The position numbers and the translations under genes are program-made. DNA of 64,000 nucleotides from NCBI GenBank assembly GCA_028534125.1, contig CM052816.1, positions 24,864,001-24,928,000 on the forward strand, written 5' to 3'. The number at the start of each line of letters is the position of its first letter. Position 1 is the first letter of the stretch. Positions 50,153 through 62,015 of this stretch are shown here, piece by piece. Origin of the DNA: Lama glama (lineage: Eukaryota). The notes under the pieces are model-generated. The model had not been told where the DNA came from. It saw only the letters and a program-made list of their open reading frames with translations, and ran no database searches.

Positions 50153-53100
50153 GACCAAGAGGAAATCCAGCTCTTAAGTAGTTATGGAGAATTACCACAC
50201 TCTTGATACGCACAAGTGTCCATCTTGCCTTCTTCTCATACCCATTATTCTAAGTACCAACAAACAGATTGATCTTGTGTCCTTAGCTGGAGGACTGAGT
50301 AGTTTTCCTGATAAGTGCTGTGATATTCACATGGATATGCCTGGCCAAACTACTTAGGACTGTACTGTAAATGTGTGATGCATTTTGTGGATTGTTACAG
50401 AAGAGCTTTTCTGGATTGTAAATATCTACTTAATGTTAAATGGTTAAAGGTAACCATTTAGCAAATTGGGAACTGATGGTACTAATTTTTTACCTTAAGT
50501 TTTGGAAAGTCAGTATAACTTTGACATATATTTAAGAGCAAAGGAAATATTTTAGCAAAAGGAAGGGACAATTTAGGATGAAAGGAAAAATGAACCTTCC
50601 AATGCACTACTGAATTTGGGTCACAAATGGCATGCTTCCTTATATAGAAGGGCCAATCATCATCCACAAATATTTCTTGAAAAATATCTAGCTGTGTAAT
50701 ACTCAGTTCATTTTTCAGGGGCAAGTCTGTATGACGGAATATATCCATGTGAACATAGATAGCTTGTAGTACTCAGGAAAACATGCATTCATTTATTGTT
50801 AGTTTTCTCTTCCACATCTCCCACTACCAAAACTGGAACCTGAGAGCAATTAAATGTCAAGAGAATAGATGTGTGAAAATGCTGACTGAATGTAGAACTG
50901 ATATTACATTTTAAATATATCTGCACTGCCAAGTCTCCCCTGGAATGCAGCTAGTATTAACTAAAAGAAATGGTACTGCAGAATTAACTTCAAAAAGTAG
51001 ACTTAAAAAAAAATCTTTTGGAGGCTTGTCTGCCCAAGTGATTCCACGGGACTAACATCCCAAACAGTTCAGCTATCTTAGTGATGACTCTTCTGGGGCA
51101 GTCCTATCAGTTATGTGAAACTGCATATTTTTTATACAAAACCAACTTCAGAATTCTTCAACAGTCTATTATCATCGGGCAAAAGGTCTAAGTTTCTAAG
51201 GAGCCAGGGAGAAAACAATAACCTTGTTATAGTGAATGGAAAAAATGAACCCACTAATCCTCATGTTGGGGCAAGAATTCAGCAGTTTGGAATAGTTGAG
51301 CTTGGTTACATCTCTTCGTGGACACGCTTGGTGCTTTCTCTCTGCGTGCTCAACTTTAAAAGGGACATCAATATTTTATTTGAGTCCACTGGAAAATAAC
51401 TAAAAAAAAGAATAAATCACTTAGCAAAAAGCATAAAAATAATGTTTTATAAACTTTTGAAGCCTGTTTTCTCTTTCTTTTTCCATTCCTTTCTTCTTTT
51501 TCCTTAGTGGTAGGTTTGAAGATATTTACTCTGGGAATTCTAGTGGCATTAATTTTCATCACCATATAATCAACTGATGTACAAAAAATATTTGCTCATG
51601 ATAACATTTTAAAGTACTTTCTCTAGTGATGGTACTAGGGAACTACTTTCTGCATACATTTTCACAGATGTTCATTTGCTTTAATTTCTTTGACAAGTTG
51701 TAGTTCCCTGTTAATTGGATATAAGCACTTAATGGGTATATAACTAGATTACCTGGACCAGATTCTTATAATCCAGTATTATCTGGGGAGCTTCCTACAA
51801 ATGCTGTTCCTGGTTCTGCAGCCTCAGCACCTCAGGGATTCCGTACAGAAATGGTCTCTTACTCCAAGTCTTCATACAGGACAGGTTTGCAGTGAGCATG
51901 CCTTAATGCTTATTTTACTTATGCTTTCCTTTTCAGAGACACTGCAAGGCTTGAATTCATTTATAATGGCTTGATCAGCTTCTTTGCAGGGAAAAAAAAA
52001 TCCCCTTTTACATATACCCGATAGACTCAAAATGGAGCACCTACATGAGTCCTGCCATTTAAAAGGAACTCCTTAGATATTTGGAAAGATCACTGCAAGA
52101 AAATAAGTATCTTTGTTTCATGAAAACATCTTGAACTACTTTACTATGCTTTTGGGTCATGAAAACTCCAAACATATTTTGTCAAACATTTGTTCTTCAA
52201 CTTTGAAACCCATGTGGATAGCCAGGGAAAAGCAATCTGTATGTTTCTAATTAATTTACTCTTAACTCATCAGAATGTTGTTTTCTAAGAGCTATTTGAT
52301 GTGTAAGACCTCTTATGAACCTTTCAAATATGGCTTCTAAGCATTTTTCCTTTGAACCAGAAAGTCACTTTTTTTTCCCCCTGAAGCAAATGGAATTCAA
52401 CTCTCAAAAGGCTTAGTTTGGTTAAAAAAATTGTCAGACTCACACAGTCTGACAAAACATGTTCTCTCGCTTAAATGGATTAACTCATGCAGTAGGCACT
52501 AGGAATTAAAGGGCAGTTCATATCATTAGGCAAAGATTCACTTAAAATGGCTACAGTGTTAATGAAATCTTTTAATTTAGCAATGCCCTCAGATAAAATA
52601 ACATTAAATACACTCACGTGAATGGGCGTAGGTACTGCTGCAGGAAAATGCAAAGGAATTAAACATTTTTATCTGAAAAGTTCACATGAGTCTTTATAGT
52701 GTGTGTGCAGACGGTTTTAAGTATTATCTCCCTGATTTCTCCCCAACTCAGTGTTGTACACAGGAGGTTCATAGATTGGCATCATCCAATATTGCTTCAC
52801 CTTTTGGATAGGAATCCTAGAAGCAGAGATTACTACAGTAAAATATAATGACAGACCCGGAGCACAAACATAGACAAGTGTCCCAGGTGTATCATGTTTC
52901 ATTATGTTTACATAGTCCAAGTATGTATGAGTATTCCTTCCTAGTCTTACAAGTACATTTTTGCTTTCTATCTAATAGCCAGTTAGTTTGAAATATCCAC
53001 ATTTTCAAATTCATTGTGTCATAATTGCCTGACTTTTCACCTATTTACTGTAACGGAATTTTGTTTAGAGTCTTCCTGTCAACACACACGTTACAGAAAA

Positions 53101-54437
53101 AAAACAAACAAACAACTCTTGGAGTTTCCTTTAATTATTTTCTCTGTCTCCAACATCCAAGAATCATTAGGTATACCCTTGTGCTTTCGTCTACTGTTTA
53201 TACCCAAATTGCCCCCTCAATTCAGGTGCACAGTAATGCATCATCCCTTTCTAACTTCTGGTTAATAATTACTAATATAGACTATTTAGCATCTTGAAGG
53301 ATAATTTTAATTTGTAGACAAGAATTTATAGAGGATTGTGCGTCATCATCACTGAATTAAGGGTAGTTATATACTCTCAATGATACTATAGCCAAATCAT
53401 TGATCCCACTGAGAGCTTAAAAATCATCTAAATACTGTAAATTGCTATTGCCAGGCAGCTTTCTTTTAGTCTTCTTCCAGAGCAGTTTTGGTTGGAAATA
53501 ACATGAAAACCAAGGCAGTCTGAACATATATAAAGACAAATGCAAACCTCATAGAATTCAAAATGCTTTTCTGCAAAAGCAGGTTTGTATAACTTCCGAA
53601 CATTTTCAATATACTAGTTATAACAGAACCTGTTTCATAGGTTAAATTCTGAAACATTTTCATAGAGGTAATATCCATGATTTCAGTTTACACACAGATA
53701 TTTTAAAATGAAAAATCCCCCAAGTTTATGACTGTCGTTATCATTGAAACATTGGATGCTTGTTGCATCCATGTATTTTTCTGTGGGCAGATTCAGAGAT
53801 TTTGGGCAATATGTGTACCCTGCCTTCAGTGAGTTTATAATTGGATTATAATCCATTCTCCAGAATCCATATAAAGGACTATAGAGACATATTTTTCAGT
53901 TTTATCTTTCAGTGTTCATTGCTTGGCTTTTGAAATGAAGTTTTAAAAATTATTGCCAAAACCCTCAAAACAAGTCCTCTTCTTTGATGTAGGGATGACC
54001 TTGGCATATCTCTCAATGAAAGGACTTACTCCAAGTGAGAGCACTTTTAAAGACTTTACTACCACTCCCACCTCCGCCTCCTGGACTTTGATCTTTCGTT
54101 TTCAGGCAGCATCAACAGAGCAAGATGAAGTGGCTCTGGAAGTTTTTGTCACATGTCAGAAGGACATTTAAATAGAGCAGTACACGTGTATTTTGTAGCC
54201 TTATTCCCTGATGAGCCATAACAAAGAGCTAAAGTATACTTTCCACTGGTGGCAAATTGCTATTGGGAACCACTCCAGGTCACTTGTGGATGAAAAACAG
54301 AGCAGTTAGGATCAATTTGCTTATAGGCTGTAGTTCAAAGTATTATCTAAGTACAGGGTAGTACTAAGTGATTACTTCTTGTAGATCGAGTGTTATTGCA
54401 GTTAGAATTCAGATGAACAAGATCTTTGGGAGAGGCT

Positions 54438-54521
54438 GGAGAGAGAGAGAGGAAGACGAGAGAGAATGAGAACAGAGGGGAGAGGAAGTAAGGGGAAGGA
54501 AAGGAAGAGGGGAAAAGGAAA
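54438..54521 (+). repeat. Purine-rich (GA) low-complexity tract
   Basis: Almost exclusively A/G over ~80 bp. Confidence 0.85.
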
Positions 54522-55417
54522 CCTTGCAGCACTTGATAGTGAAGAGAAAACATTTTTTTTAGCTTTCATAATGATTTCATAGATGTCTGCCTATTAATTT
54601 GAGTTGTCGTTATATTTAAATGGGATGAGAAAATTACCAAAATAGGATTTAAATCATTTATTCGTGTTGCAAATATCAGTGGTCTCTTGTCTCTTAGCAA
54701 GTACCAGAAATTGAATTATTCTGCTTTCAACTGGTTAATAATCTTGCTTGTTAATAGAAATAATTAATCCAGACCAGAATTCTACCTTCTAATTTTGCTA
54801 TACAAAGTATAAGTAAGATTTCACAAGAACAAAACAATCACACAAATTGACTTGAATGATGTGAGAGCCGTGTTTGCCAAATGTACATTTGGTGCAGCAG
54901 GTATCAGGCTTCTGTTATGTTGTCCTTTCTCTGAACTCAGGGGTAGGCTGGGGGAATGTTATTGGAACCGCATGCTTTCATTCAGGTCAGCAGTGTTCTT
55001 CAGAAGACATAATAGGGTCTCTATGATTTCTTTCAGGTTGCAAGTCAGCTGTCCTATGGTGAAGAATCATCCATATGTTTTGGTGGGTTTATGTTTAAAA
55101 ACCCTTTCAAGGACTTGTTTGTCATTGTTTTAGGTGTAAGAGTGTAATATCCCAAAACACAACATGCTAAAGTTTCCTTTACAGTGGAAATATTTCTGGA
55201 TACAATTAGGTTGTCGAATTTTCATAGCATAATGCTTTTCATTTTTTCATGGAAAAGGACAAATATTTTAAATATTTTGGTGTCTGTTTTAACCAAGAGA
55301 AAACTCCTCTAAAAGTGAGAGGGCAGTTTGATGTCCAAAATTGAAAGGGCAAATTACTGCTTTATCACATAAGTGGCTTTTGTAGGTTGGAAGTGAAAAA
55401 TATTTTTAATTTAAAAG

Positions 55418-55757
55418 TGAATTTGGAGATCTGAGCATGCTCACTGTACATCACTTTAAAATTATTAGTTTGATTTAATAGAGGGAATATTCTCAGGCTG
55501 AGGAGTACTTCACTTTGCACGGTATAAGCTCAGATGTTAGAACCCGAACACTTCCCAGTTGAAGAGCTTATAAAAAATGTGAAGTACTCTAATAATTTTA
55601 AATTACTCTATATTGCACATTTTCAGGTCTCTGATCACCTCCAAATTCAAGTGCTTATAAAACTGCTCCCATAATTTTAAATTGCTATGTGCACAGTGAT
55701 TTAAAATTGTAAGAGTGCTTCAAAGTTTTTTAATAAGAGCTTTAATTTAGAAGTGAG
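55418..55757. repeat. Nested inverted-repeat (multi-hairpin) element, unassigned
   Basis: Exact inverted blocks: 55418-55428/55639-55649, 55455-55468/55589-55602, 55503-55513/55579-55589 and 55523-55531/55564-55572. Second hairpin 55635-55757. Confidence 0.8.
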
Positions 55758-56136
55758 TTGAGCAATACTCCAGTATAACTTCAAGAAATTATTAAACTGA
55801 TATAAAAATTTATCCTCTGGAAAGAAAATTACATTATGTATAAAAGGGTGAGGCTCCAAATGAATATATATGAGGATGAAGGTACCAAATGCTCAGGAAC
55901 AATCAGTACATGAAATGAGATAATCGGGTCCTGGATGGGGGTTTGTTTGGTTAATTTTGCTCACTTCTTGCCTGAGGCTATAGTTCTTGAAAATCTAACA
56001 GGTGTTTCAGTTCCTTTAAGGTGAAAAGTTACATTTAGAGGACTTTATTTTCCATTCTCAGTATTTTCAAAGATACTAGGAAATTTCATCTGAAATTATG
56101 GGAAAATGGTATTGTTAGATGAAAGGAGTTTACCTT

Positions 56137-56222
56137 AGAAAAAGAAGGAGGAGAAGGGAGATGAAAAAGAAGGAGGAAGAGAGGGGAAGGGAAAAGGGGA
56201 AGGGAGGGACTGGTGGGAGAGA
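56137..56222 (+). repeat. Purine-rich tract containing a G-quadruplex motif
   Basis: ggggaagggaaaaggggaagggaggg at 56183-56208. Confidence 0.8.
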
Positions 56223-58496
56223 GTATTTTATTGAAGAGGTTTTCCCCCACTTGTCAGTAAGGTAGTTTCTGGACATTTCTGACTACTTAATTTCTCACTT
56301 TTCAAAGGTAAACATGGCATGTTTTAAATTGTACTCACAGATGAATGAAATTGTTTTCATTAACAAGAGAGCTCCTTTCACAAACCAATGGTTCTCTTCA
56401 CACAAGAGGATCATACAGATTTTATTTTTGGACTATACTATTAGTATTACAGTATACTTGTTGATTTGACTTTAAACAGGTTACTGTCCTACACAGATGT
56501 AGCATTATCCTATGTATTTGGGGGATTAAATGTCTTGAGATGTGCCAGCTGCCAGCAACTTGTTTTCCATGTCTTCTCTAGCTAATTTTCAATGCTGTTC
56601 AGGGCAACAAGGCAGTGGGCTTTGATTGAGTCACTTGGTTTGTCTGACTGCACGACTCAATGTATCTGGAATATCAAACTGTTTGATAGAAACACGAGGC
56701 CTCTTGTGTTTTTAACTAGAATTTTATAATGTCTTTGATTGATAACACTTAATTGAAATACAGAAAAAATAATGGTATTCTTTTGTCAAATTGTTGAAGG
56801 TTTGGGATTAATAATATATTGTGACTCTTTGTACATTTCCAAATTTTTTGAAACCCTACAGCCTTACTTCTAAGGAAAAGGCATTTACATTTTACTAAAT
56901 TGAAGATGAAATAAAGGTAAATCAACTGAATGTTTCAGCGGCTCATGTTTCAGTATGGGAGATTATATACATCATTGGGTTCTAAGGTATAATAAATGGG
57001 TGAATGTTAGTTATTATTACCCACGTTGCTATAAATATTACTGTGCATCAAAACATTTGAAATTGTTCTCATCTTCACTTTTGATTTAGGTAAATATTCT
57101 TAAAAGTAACTATCTTCCTATATTTTTTAAATATAGAAGATTAACCTCTGTAACTGCAGGAAAACAAGGCTTTCTCAAATGGAATACATATACAAAGTAA
57201 AGGAGAGAAGGATGGATGTGAGATCTTGAAGAGAAAGGGACTTTTTTAAAAGACAATTTATCATTTATCCTTTATCACCATTTTCTAGAACTTTTCTAGC
57301 ATTGCTAAAATAAATTGCATTCTGTGTCCCCAGTGAACACTTATTAGTGGCCTGGAAATATGGGCTACTTCCCATATCATGAGGCCTCATAGAAAGGAGT
57401 TGTCTGGTTTCATGAAAGTCATTAGTTTGCTTTCACTGCCAGAGTCTGGTTATAATTTCAGGATAGAATTATCTCATTGTTTTCTGCCTGACATGATTTG
57501 TTTTGAATTCTCAAATCTCCACAGACACTCATTTAAAAAACTTCCACAGTGACTGGTTCTTCCTGGGGAAATGGAGGCCATGGGGAGGGAAGGACAGGAT
57601 TTTCTTTCTTTTTCTGAGTCAATTCTGGGCAGTGAATAAGATGTGTTTTTCTTACAGTTGTCAATGAGACTTTCCCTTTAACTGCCTGGCTTATTAATCA
57701 TATGCATTGCCCTAAGATATTGCCCCAAAGATCAATACTCTGATTTCCTTTCCATTTGCCTAGACCAAGATAATTAGGCTCTTTACTTTGTTTTGTATAT
57801 AATGAAGGGGGCAACTAGTGCTAGTAGGGAAAAAAAGGCTATCTCCCTGTGGTAAACGTATTGACATTTACAGACACTGGCAGAGCACAACATGGGGAGA
57901 GTAATGAGAAATTTGACTGCTTTCCCCTCTTTCTTTGCTTCCTGTTTTAGAGCTGCTGCATCCCACAGTGAATTACTAGCTACAAAGAGAAGGGACTGCT
58001 TAGGGACTGACAATTGAGACCATTTACAATTAGCTGAATTGATTAACCTTTACAAATGCTGTTACTTTATGAGGTGTTTTTCTCAGCCCTGGTTGAACAG
58101 TATGCGTTATTGATTCAACACACTCCTGTATGGAAGCCCTGATTTGTCTGTGACTCCACCAGTCATAATGCCTGCCTTGGTAATCATTTCTGCACGTCCT
58201 TGGGAAAACTTGACACGGAAGCATGCTTGGCATTATGTAAATGGGGTCCACGTCTCCCTCTTGGATGGGTGTACACCTAGCAGAAGCCAGAATGCAGACT
58301 TGCCTCCCTGCATCCCCATCACCAGGCACAGCCACAAAGGATGCCAGTCTCCGTGCCAGCATCTCACTGCTGCCCAGTTCCCAGCCTCATTCCCAATAAG
58401 CAGCTTGTAGGAGGAAAAGAGCCACAGACACTTCTGAGGTTTCCAATTCCTCTGTGTTCCCTGGTTTTTATTTAGTTTTTCTGAAATAATTTGGAT

Positions 58497-58519
58497 TGTG
58501 TGTGTGTGTGTGTGTGTGT
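58497..58519 (+). repeat. (TG)n microsatellite
   Basis: About 11 TG units. Confidence 0.95.
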
Positions 58520-58959
58520 AAAGGAAGGAGGTGGTGGGAAATTGTCCAAAAACTTGAATTGTATTTAGCTTAATTTTTTTTTTTTTAAGATTGTAGACTG
58601 ACTCTGAGTGCCACTTTGGCTAGTGAATCCAAAATTTATGATGGACAACATTTTCTTTTAATCAGTTTCATTCAAAAAGCTCTGTGCTTAGAAATAATAA
58701 ATATCACCTAGAAATGGCTGCTTCCCATCCCTCATGCTCCATAGTATACTATGTGAATACAAAATAAATACGCTTTGGTTTCCCCCCTTTCTTGCTTCCA
58801 TCTCTTGCCACTTTCTTCCTTTTATCCTTCCTTTATTCTTCATTTCAAGGTGTACATTTTTGTGATCTTAAAGATAAAAGGACTGAAAGCTTGAAATTCT
58901 ACAGAATAAATCCATCAGCTGTTCCATCAGCATTTCTGAAGTGCATTCTGCACCCAAGA

Positions 58960-59128
58960 TCAGTGATGTGGTGTACTGGGTGCAGTGCAAAATGAAGATG
59001 TTGGGCCCTTGTTCATAAATTATTAAAATTTCCAAACAGTAACAGCAGAGCATTAATCCCCAAATCAGCTCTTCTAAGTGTGAAGCTTGTGTGGCTGTAC
59101 AGGTCACATACCCATGAGATAGGCCCTG
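58960..59128 (-). mobile_element. MER45A-like hAT-Tip100 MITE
   Basis: Reverse complement begins cagggcct..catggg..tgacctgtacag and contains 'ttaatgctctgctgt', 'tgaacaagggccc', 'ttcattttgcactg', as recalled for MER45A. Confidence 0.8.
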
Positions 59129-60984
59129 CCCTCATTTTTGACACTGTTGTTTGTGAAAAGCTTGAGAGAGGCCTGGGCCTGGGATGGTGATACTTGTTTT
59201 TTCTTTCCTGACTTGAAGTTAAACATCCCTGTTGTGAGACTGGTTTATTCCGGATCATGCTGAGTTGCATATGCTTGTTTACCATCTGAACTGCTGCTTA
59301 GTTGGGTCTGAACCTAGAGCGCCACCCTTCTGCTCCTCTTCTGCATAGCAGATCCCAGTGACTTGAAGCACTTTTATCCACGCCAGAATTCTGAGATTGG
59401 AGTGTTTATCCCTTTGTGCATCCAGTAATGGCTGAAAAAAGTTTGTTTTGCTTTATGTGACTAAAGTGAATATTTGGCTTGATGCACATGCAAATACGTG
59501 TGCATTTATTCTTGTATAATACATATACATATTCAAATGTACAGGACTTTTTCCATACATATATGTGCATAACCGAATTGAGTTTATGGCATTCCAAGAC
59601 ACAGATGAACAATGATGGAAGACAGCCATTTTTTTCTTAATGAAGAATTGATGCATTTTTAAAGAAAAAAAATCAGGACGCTGCTCTAACAAAGTCTGCA
59701 GCATTCACAGCATGACAAACAAATTAGAAAACAGCAGATGCAGCACAAATTAAGATGTATTTAGCACAGCAGCCCATCAGATGTGTGAATGTCTTTTGTA
59801 ACTCAGCTTTGCAAGGTTGATGTATTGCACTTTAGACAGCTGATAATGAACCCTCCTAGCAATTAGAAGTGGAAATACTAAGGAGTCAAAATTGTGCTGT
59901 TCCCAGTGGGCCAAAAAAGAAAAAAAAAAAAAACCTGTGAAATTTATTTCTTTATGTGCTTGCAAAACAAAGGGGATGTTTCAATTTATATACTGATGTG
60001 TTTGAATTTCTCTTGCCTTTTAAAAATTCCTACTTCATTTTAATTACCAGCAGATTCTAAAGTGTCATTAAATAAGTATGAATTCTGTTGCAGTTACACA
60101 CGCTTTATGGCCAATACAATGTCTTCCCTTTATGGGATGCATTATTTAGTAATGTTACATTAAGACAATAACTTCAATCATTGTGCCTTCAAATGGCAAT
60201 AAGCATGGTAATAGCTTTGCTGAGCTGCTTCCTGACTTTTCTATCACTGTGTTTTCCCTTTAATATTAGAGCATTGTTTGTATTTCTATGCAGAGTGTGT
60301 TTTCCCCACTTTCTGTTTTCTGAGAGTGGGGGCACTTTTGCAGTAGGACAAAGCATCAAAGTCCATCTAAAAGGCTAAATTCTCTCAATCCAGTGCCAAG
60401 GTTAACCATGAACTGCTAATGTTTGTCCCCCCCCAACAATATTTGATTTAAGCAAGCATATCATTTCCTTCTAGGAGGAAGAGATGCGTGTTAGTCACTC
60501 CTTAGAGCTAGCAACAAACAGTCCAATATTGTGTTAAGTATGGGTTTTGACAAACTTAGCTTGAAAGAACTCACTGGAGAATAAGTGAAAAAACAAATAT
60601 GGAAAAACAGTAACATAAGCAAAGGAAACCTATTTGGTGTATTCTGCCTGGGAAAGAGAGGTCTGATAGGTGATTTAAAAACTAACCCTCTTATGTGAAA
60701 AATCTTAGATGATTCTGATGTTCATAGTCTTAGGGAAGTCAGCATCACAGTTACGGTTTCCCCTTGAGTCTATATGCTGCTATTATGTTGCCAAAAACTG
60801 TATCATCTGTATCCTTAATCTCTGCTCTCTAAAGAGCAACCTCCCAGGGTCAATTCTAAATTAAATGTAGAGGAGTGTAAGGCTGAATTGAAACATACAC
60901 TCACATTTCTGTAAAACAAATACAAATGCCCAAGTGCATTGGTCATATTGTGAACACAAAGGATAGAATTTCTCAGGGAGGCAG

Positions 60985-61990
60985 CCTTTCTGTGGTACCC
61001 AGGGAGGGTTCCAAATGGCATTCTCCTGGATTTCGTTCATAATTTAAAGGGTTCCCAATGTCCAGAGCCCATGATGTCCTGCAGAAGAAGGAGGTGGATG
61101 TCCTCACATTCCTTGCAGCAGGAACCCACGTGGGTGGCACCAATCTTGACTTCCAAATGGAGCTGTTCACTTACAAAAGGAAAAGCAATGGCATGTACAC
61201 CATAAAGCTTCTGAAGACCTGGGGGAAGCTTTTGCTTCTGGCTTGTGCCATTGTTGCTGTTGAAAACCTGGCTACTGTCTCATGTCATACCTTCCAGGGA
61301 TACAGCCAGCAAGCTGTGCTAAAGTTTGTTGCTACCACTGGAGCCGCTCCTATTGCTGGCTGCTCTGGTCCTGGAACCTTCACTAACCAGATCCAGGCAG
61401 CCTTCCTGGAGCCACTACCAGCTCTGGTGGTTACTGATCCCAGGGCTGACCCCAGCCCCTCACAGGGGTGTTTCATGTTAATCTGTGTACTATCACTCTG
61501 AGTAACGTACTGGTGAGACTCCCTTCTGTACCGTGGGAAGATTGCCGTTTCCCACACGGCAGCAAGGGAGCTGTCTCGGCCGTCTGACGTGGGGGTGGGC
61601 CTGCGAAGTACTGCGCCTGCGCGCTGGTTCCCGTGAGCACTCGCGCGAGGTCACAGTGGCTCTCCTTCCACAGTGTGAGGAACGGAAGACATCTCTCCTG
61701 AAGAGACGAAAAAGGATGAGCAGGCCATTCCTGAAAAGGTGTGGGTCCGAAGGAACTTCAGGATGTATGAACTGCTCCAGCTCCTGAACTGACGGCTCTT
61801 CATGCGAGCTCGCGGCGGGGTCTGCCGGCGCAGCTGCACTCGGGCCTAATTATCGGTTCGCCGCTGAAGACCGGAGCCAAGCCGGGCGCCGAGGCCTGCA
61901 CTGTGAGCTCCAGCCGCCGAATCCGTAAGAACGACTGCTGAGTGGCCGCAAGCTGCTCTTCCTTAGGCGCTTAAACAGAAAATGAAACAG
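60985..61990 (+). pseudogene. RPSA: Processed pseudogene of 40S ribosomal protein SA (uS2 / 37-kDa laminin receptor precursor)
   Basis: ORF 61058-61501 [35 protein letters not shown]...[12 protein letters not shown]...VVTDPRAD matches RPSA ([35 protein letters not shown]...). It is intronless and includes a 5'UTR starting at pyrimidine 'cctttc'. There is a frameshift after DPRAD, further indels, and remnant EVLRLR. The stop position has become CAA (61949-61951), followed by 3'UTR-like 'gctgctctt..taggcgcttaa'. Confidence 0.96.
61505..61970. promoter_or_regulatory. CpG-island-like segment within the RPSA pseudogene (function unproven)
   Basis: Hand count of ~39 CpG in ~470 bp, the only CpG-dense patch in the window. 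NRF1-like tgcgcctgcgcg at 61612-61623 and ETS-like acggaag at 61682-61688. Confidence 0.5.
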
Positions 61991-62015
61991 AGGATTAGGA
62001 ATCATGTGACGAGTC

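Noticed and set aside
51915..51990. Strong + strand acceptors (51936; also 24170 and ~29276)
   Set aside because: No convincing paired donor or coding frame was found, and isolated acceptors are common.
56689..57390. Short palindromes (aaacacgaggcctcttgtgttt, atatggg..cccatat, atgaggcctcat)
   Set aside because: Stems of 6-10 bp, some bulged, are expected by chance at this window size.
58030..58410. Overlapping 110-aa and 88-aa ORFs in a slightly GC-richer patch
   Set aside because: Non-ATG starts, no recognisable domain and no convincing splice sites.
61058..61501. 147-aa RPSA-like ORF as a functional retrogene
   Set aside because: It has many non-conservative substitutions, a locally out-of-frame segment ([10 protein letters not shown]), a frameshift after DPRAD and a premature stop. 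The C-terminal half is disrupted.
60955..62015. TSD and poly(A) tail for the RPSA retrocopy
   Set aside because: Only a weak resemblance (aggatagaat / aggattaggaat) and no A-tail, so it cannot be supported.
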